From NCBI GenBank assembly GCA_964493715.1, contig CAZBPC010000002.1:32001-96000 (forward strand): 64,000 nt of DNA, read 5' to 3'. This DNA comes from an uncultured archaeon (GTDB taxonomy: Archaea; Asgardarchaeota; Lokiarchaeia; Sigyniarchaeales; SOKP01). Under the pieces are notes generated by a model that saw only the letters and a list, made by a program, of their open reading frames with translations, ran no database searches and was not told where the DNA came from. Shown here piece after piece: positions 62,913 through 64,000 of this stretch; the stretch's first letter is position 1, and each line of letters opens with the position of its first letter. A program made the position numbers and the translations under genes.

Positions 62913-64000
62913 ATGAGTGTTAAAGTGGGTACAGTTTTTAATTTCCTTCAATTACCAGATGTACATCAATTTCCATTTGTTATTGACAAATTAAATAATG
63001 AAAATATGGTTAAAAAAGGACAATTTGTTTACACTATCTCAATTGAAGGATTTTTAATTGGAATGATTGAAAAAATCATTCTCTTAAACGAATATTTTTC
63101 AGATGCACTCACGATCAAGGCATATAATAGTAGTAGTAATCCTAATATCCTTAAAGGGTTATTCCCAAGCGATGAATTTGAATATGCCATTGCTATAGTG
63201 AAAAATTTAGGAATTATCGAATTTAAAGACGAAGACAAGACGGAGATTAAATTAATAAAAAGAATGACATATCCCGCAAGTCCTGGAAAGAAAGTCTTCT
63301 TAGTCGAAGTAAATATCCTTAAAAAATTCATAGGACTTGATAATGAAAATGGTTTAAATATTGGGAATTTAAAAATTGCGAAGATTGAAGCAAAAATTAA
63401 CATTAACAGGTTACTCAATAAACACTTTTCAATTCTTTCTATTTCGGGAGGAGGAAAAAGTTATTTAACTTCAATTCTCTTAGAGGAATTACTCTCGCGT
63501 CCTAATTCAATAGGTACACCAGCAATAGTTCTCATAGACGTGCATGGAGAATATGCATACCTTAAATCAATTCCAGAACTTCAAGATAAGATTAAATTAT
63601 TCGATGCTTTGTATCTTCAAATTTCTGTCCCCCAGATGAATGCTTATAACTTTCGAAAATATCAAACGCAAATTTCCAGCGTCCAAGTTAGAGAACTCAA
63701 TAATTTTATTAAAAAATTAAAGCAAGATAAATCTAATAATGGTAATTATTCCCTAAAAGATATCATTACTCTTATTGATGATGAGAATGAAGGGAATAAA
63801 AGTACTCGTCAAGCTTTAGTCGGGTGGTTAGCAGAATTAGAAAGATTAAATGTATTTGGGATCCAAGAAAATCCCATAATAAAAAACTCCATTAAACCTG
63901 GAGAATTAACAATTTTTAATTTTCAAAATGAGATTTCAATCAGAAAAAAACAAATTTTGGTAGACTATCTATGCAATCGACTCTTTTATATGCGACGGAT
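62913..64000 (+). CDS. herA: HerA/FtsK-like ATPase (HAS barrel + P-loop), truncated by the window end
   Basis: Open frame from ATG 62913: VKKGQFV, NKHFSILSISGGGKSY and IVLIDVHGEY motifs. Confidence 0.8.
   Translation, partial: MSVKVGTVFNFLQLPDVHQFPFVIDKLNNENMVKKGQFVYTISIEGFLIGMIEKIILLNEYFSDALTIKAYNSSSNPNILKGLFPSDEFEYAIAIVKNLGIIEFKDEDKTEIKLIKRMTYPASPGKKVFLVEVNILKKFIGLDNENGLNIGNLKIAKIEAKININRLLNKHFSILSISGGGKSYLTSILLEELLSRPNSIGTPAIVLIDVHGEYAYLKSIPELQDKIKLFDALYLQISVPQMNAYNFRKYQTQISSVQVRELNNFIKKLKQDKSNNGNYSLKDIITLIDDENEGNKSTRQALVGWLAELERLNVFGIQENPIIKNSIKPGELTIFNFQNEISIRKKQILVDYLCNRLFYMRR

Noticed and set aside
649-63418. Many short ORFs antisense to or overlapping real genes (e.g. 35632-36120, 44720-45202, 52742-52948, 63029-63418)
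   Set aside because: Shadow ORFs of well-supported genes with no recognisable motifs
1-64000. CRISPR arrays, rRNA genes, IS transposases, integrases, inteins
   Set aside because: No spaced repeats, long GC-rich RNA regions or diagnostic motifs were seen by eye

Overview
AT-rich archaeal genomic window. It is most consistent with an Asgard archaeon of the Lokiarchaeia type; this is an inference from the profilin-like protein, AN1-zinc-finger membrane proteases, a KITE/SMC-like pair, GatDE and intron-rich tRNAs. Most of it is housekeeping: mat, rnhB, fibrillarin/nop5, pyrD/pyrK, P-type H+-ATPase, elp3, gatE/gatD, rpl2, tfb, a proteasome-exosome superoperon, an ECF transporter, KEOPS/Sua5 genes, a 2-oxoacid:ferredoxin oxidoreductase operon, pfk, an FGGY kinase, a herA-like gene and four tRNAs (three with introns). 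The main finding is two protein-coding genes, rnhB and pfk, each interrupted inside its N-terminal active-site motif by a 30-32 nt insert that folds into a bulge-helix-bulge (BHB) motif. Cutting at the canonical tRNA-splicing-endonuclease positions restores the frame and the conserved motif exactly, so these look like tRNA-type mRNA introns. The pfk intron sits directly downstream of a free-standing LAGLIDADG endonuclease gene and upstream of a recombination scar, which suggests homing-related acquisition. Several genes also appear to start at ATT/ATA codons. All calls come from reading the sequence by eye; no database searches were run.
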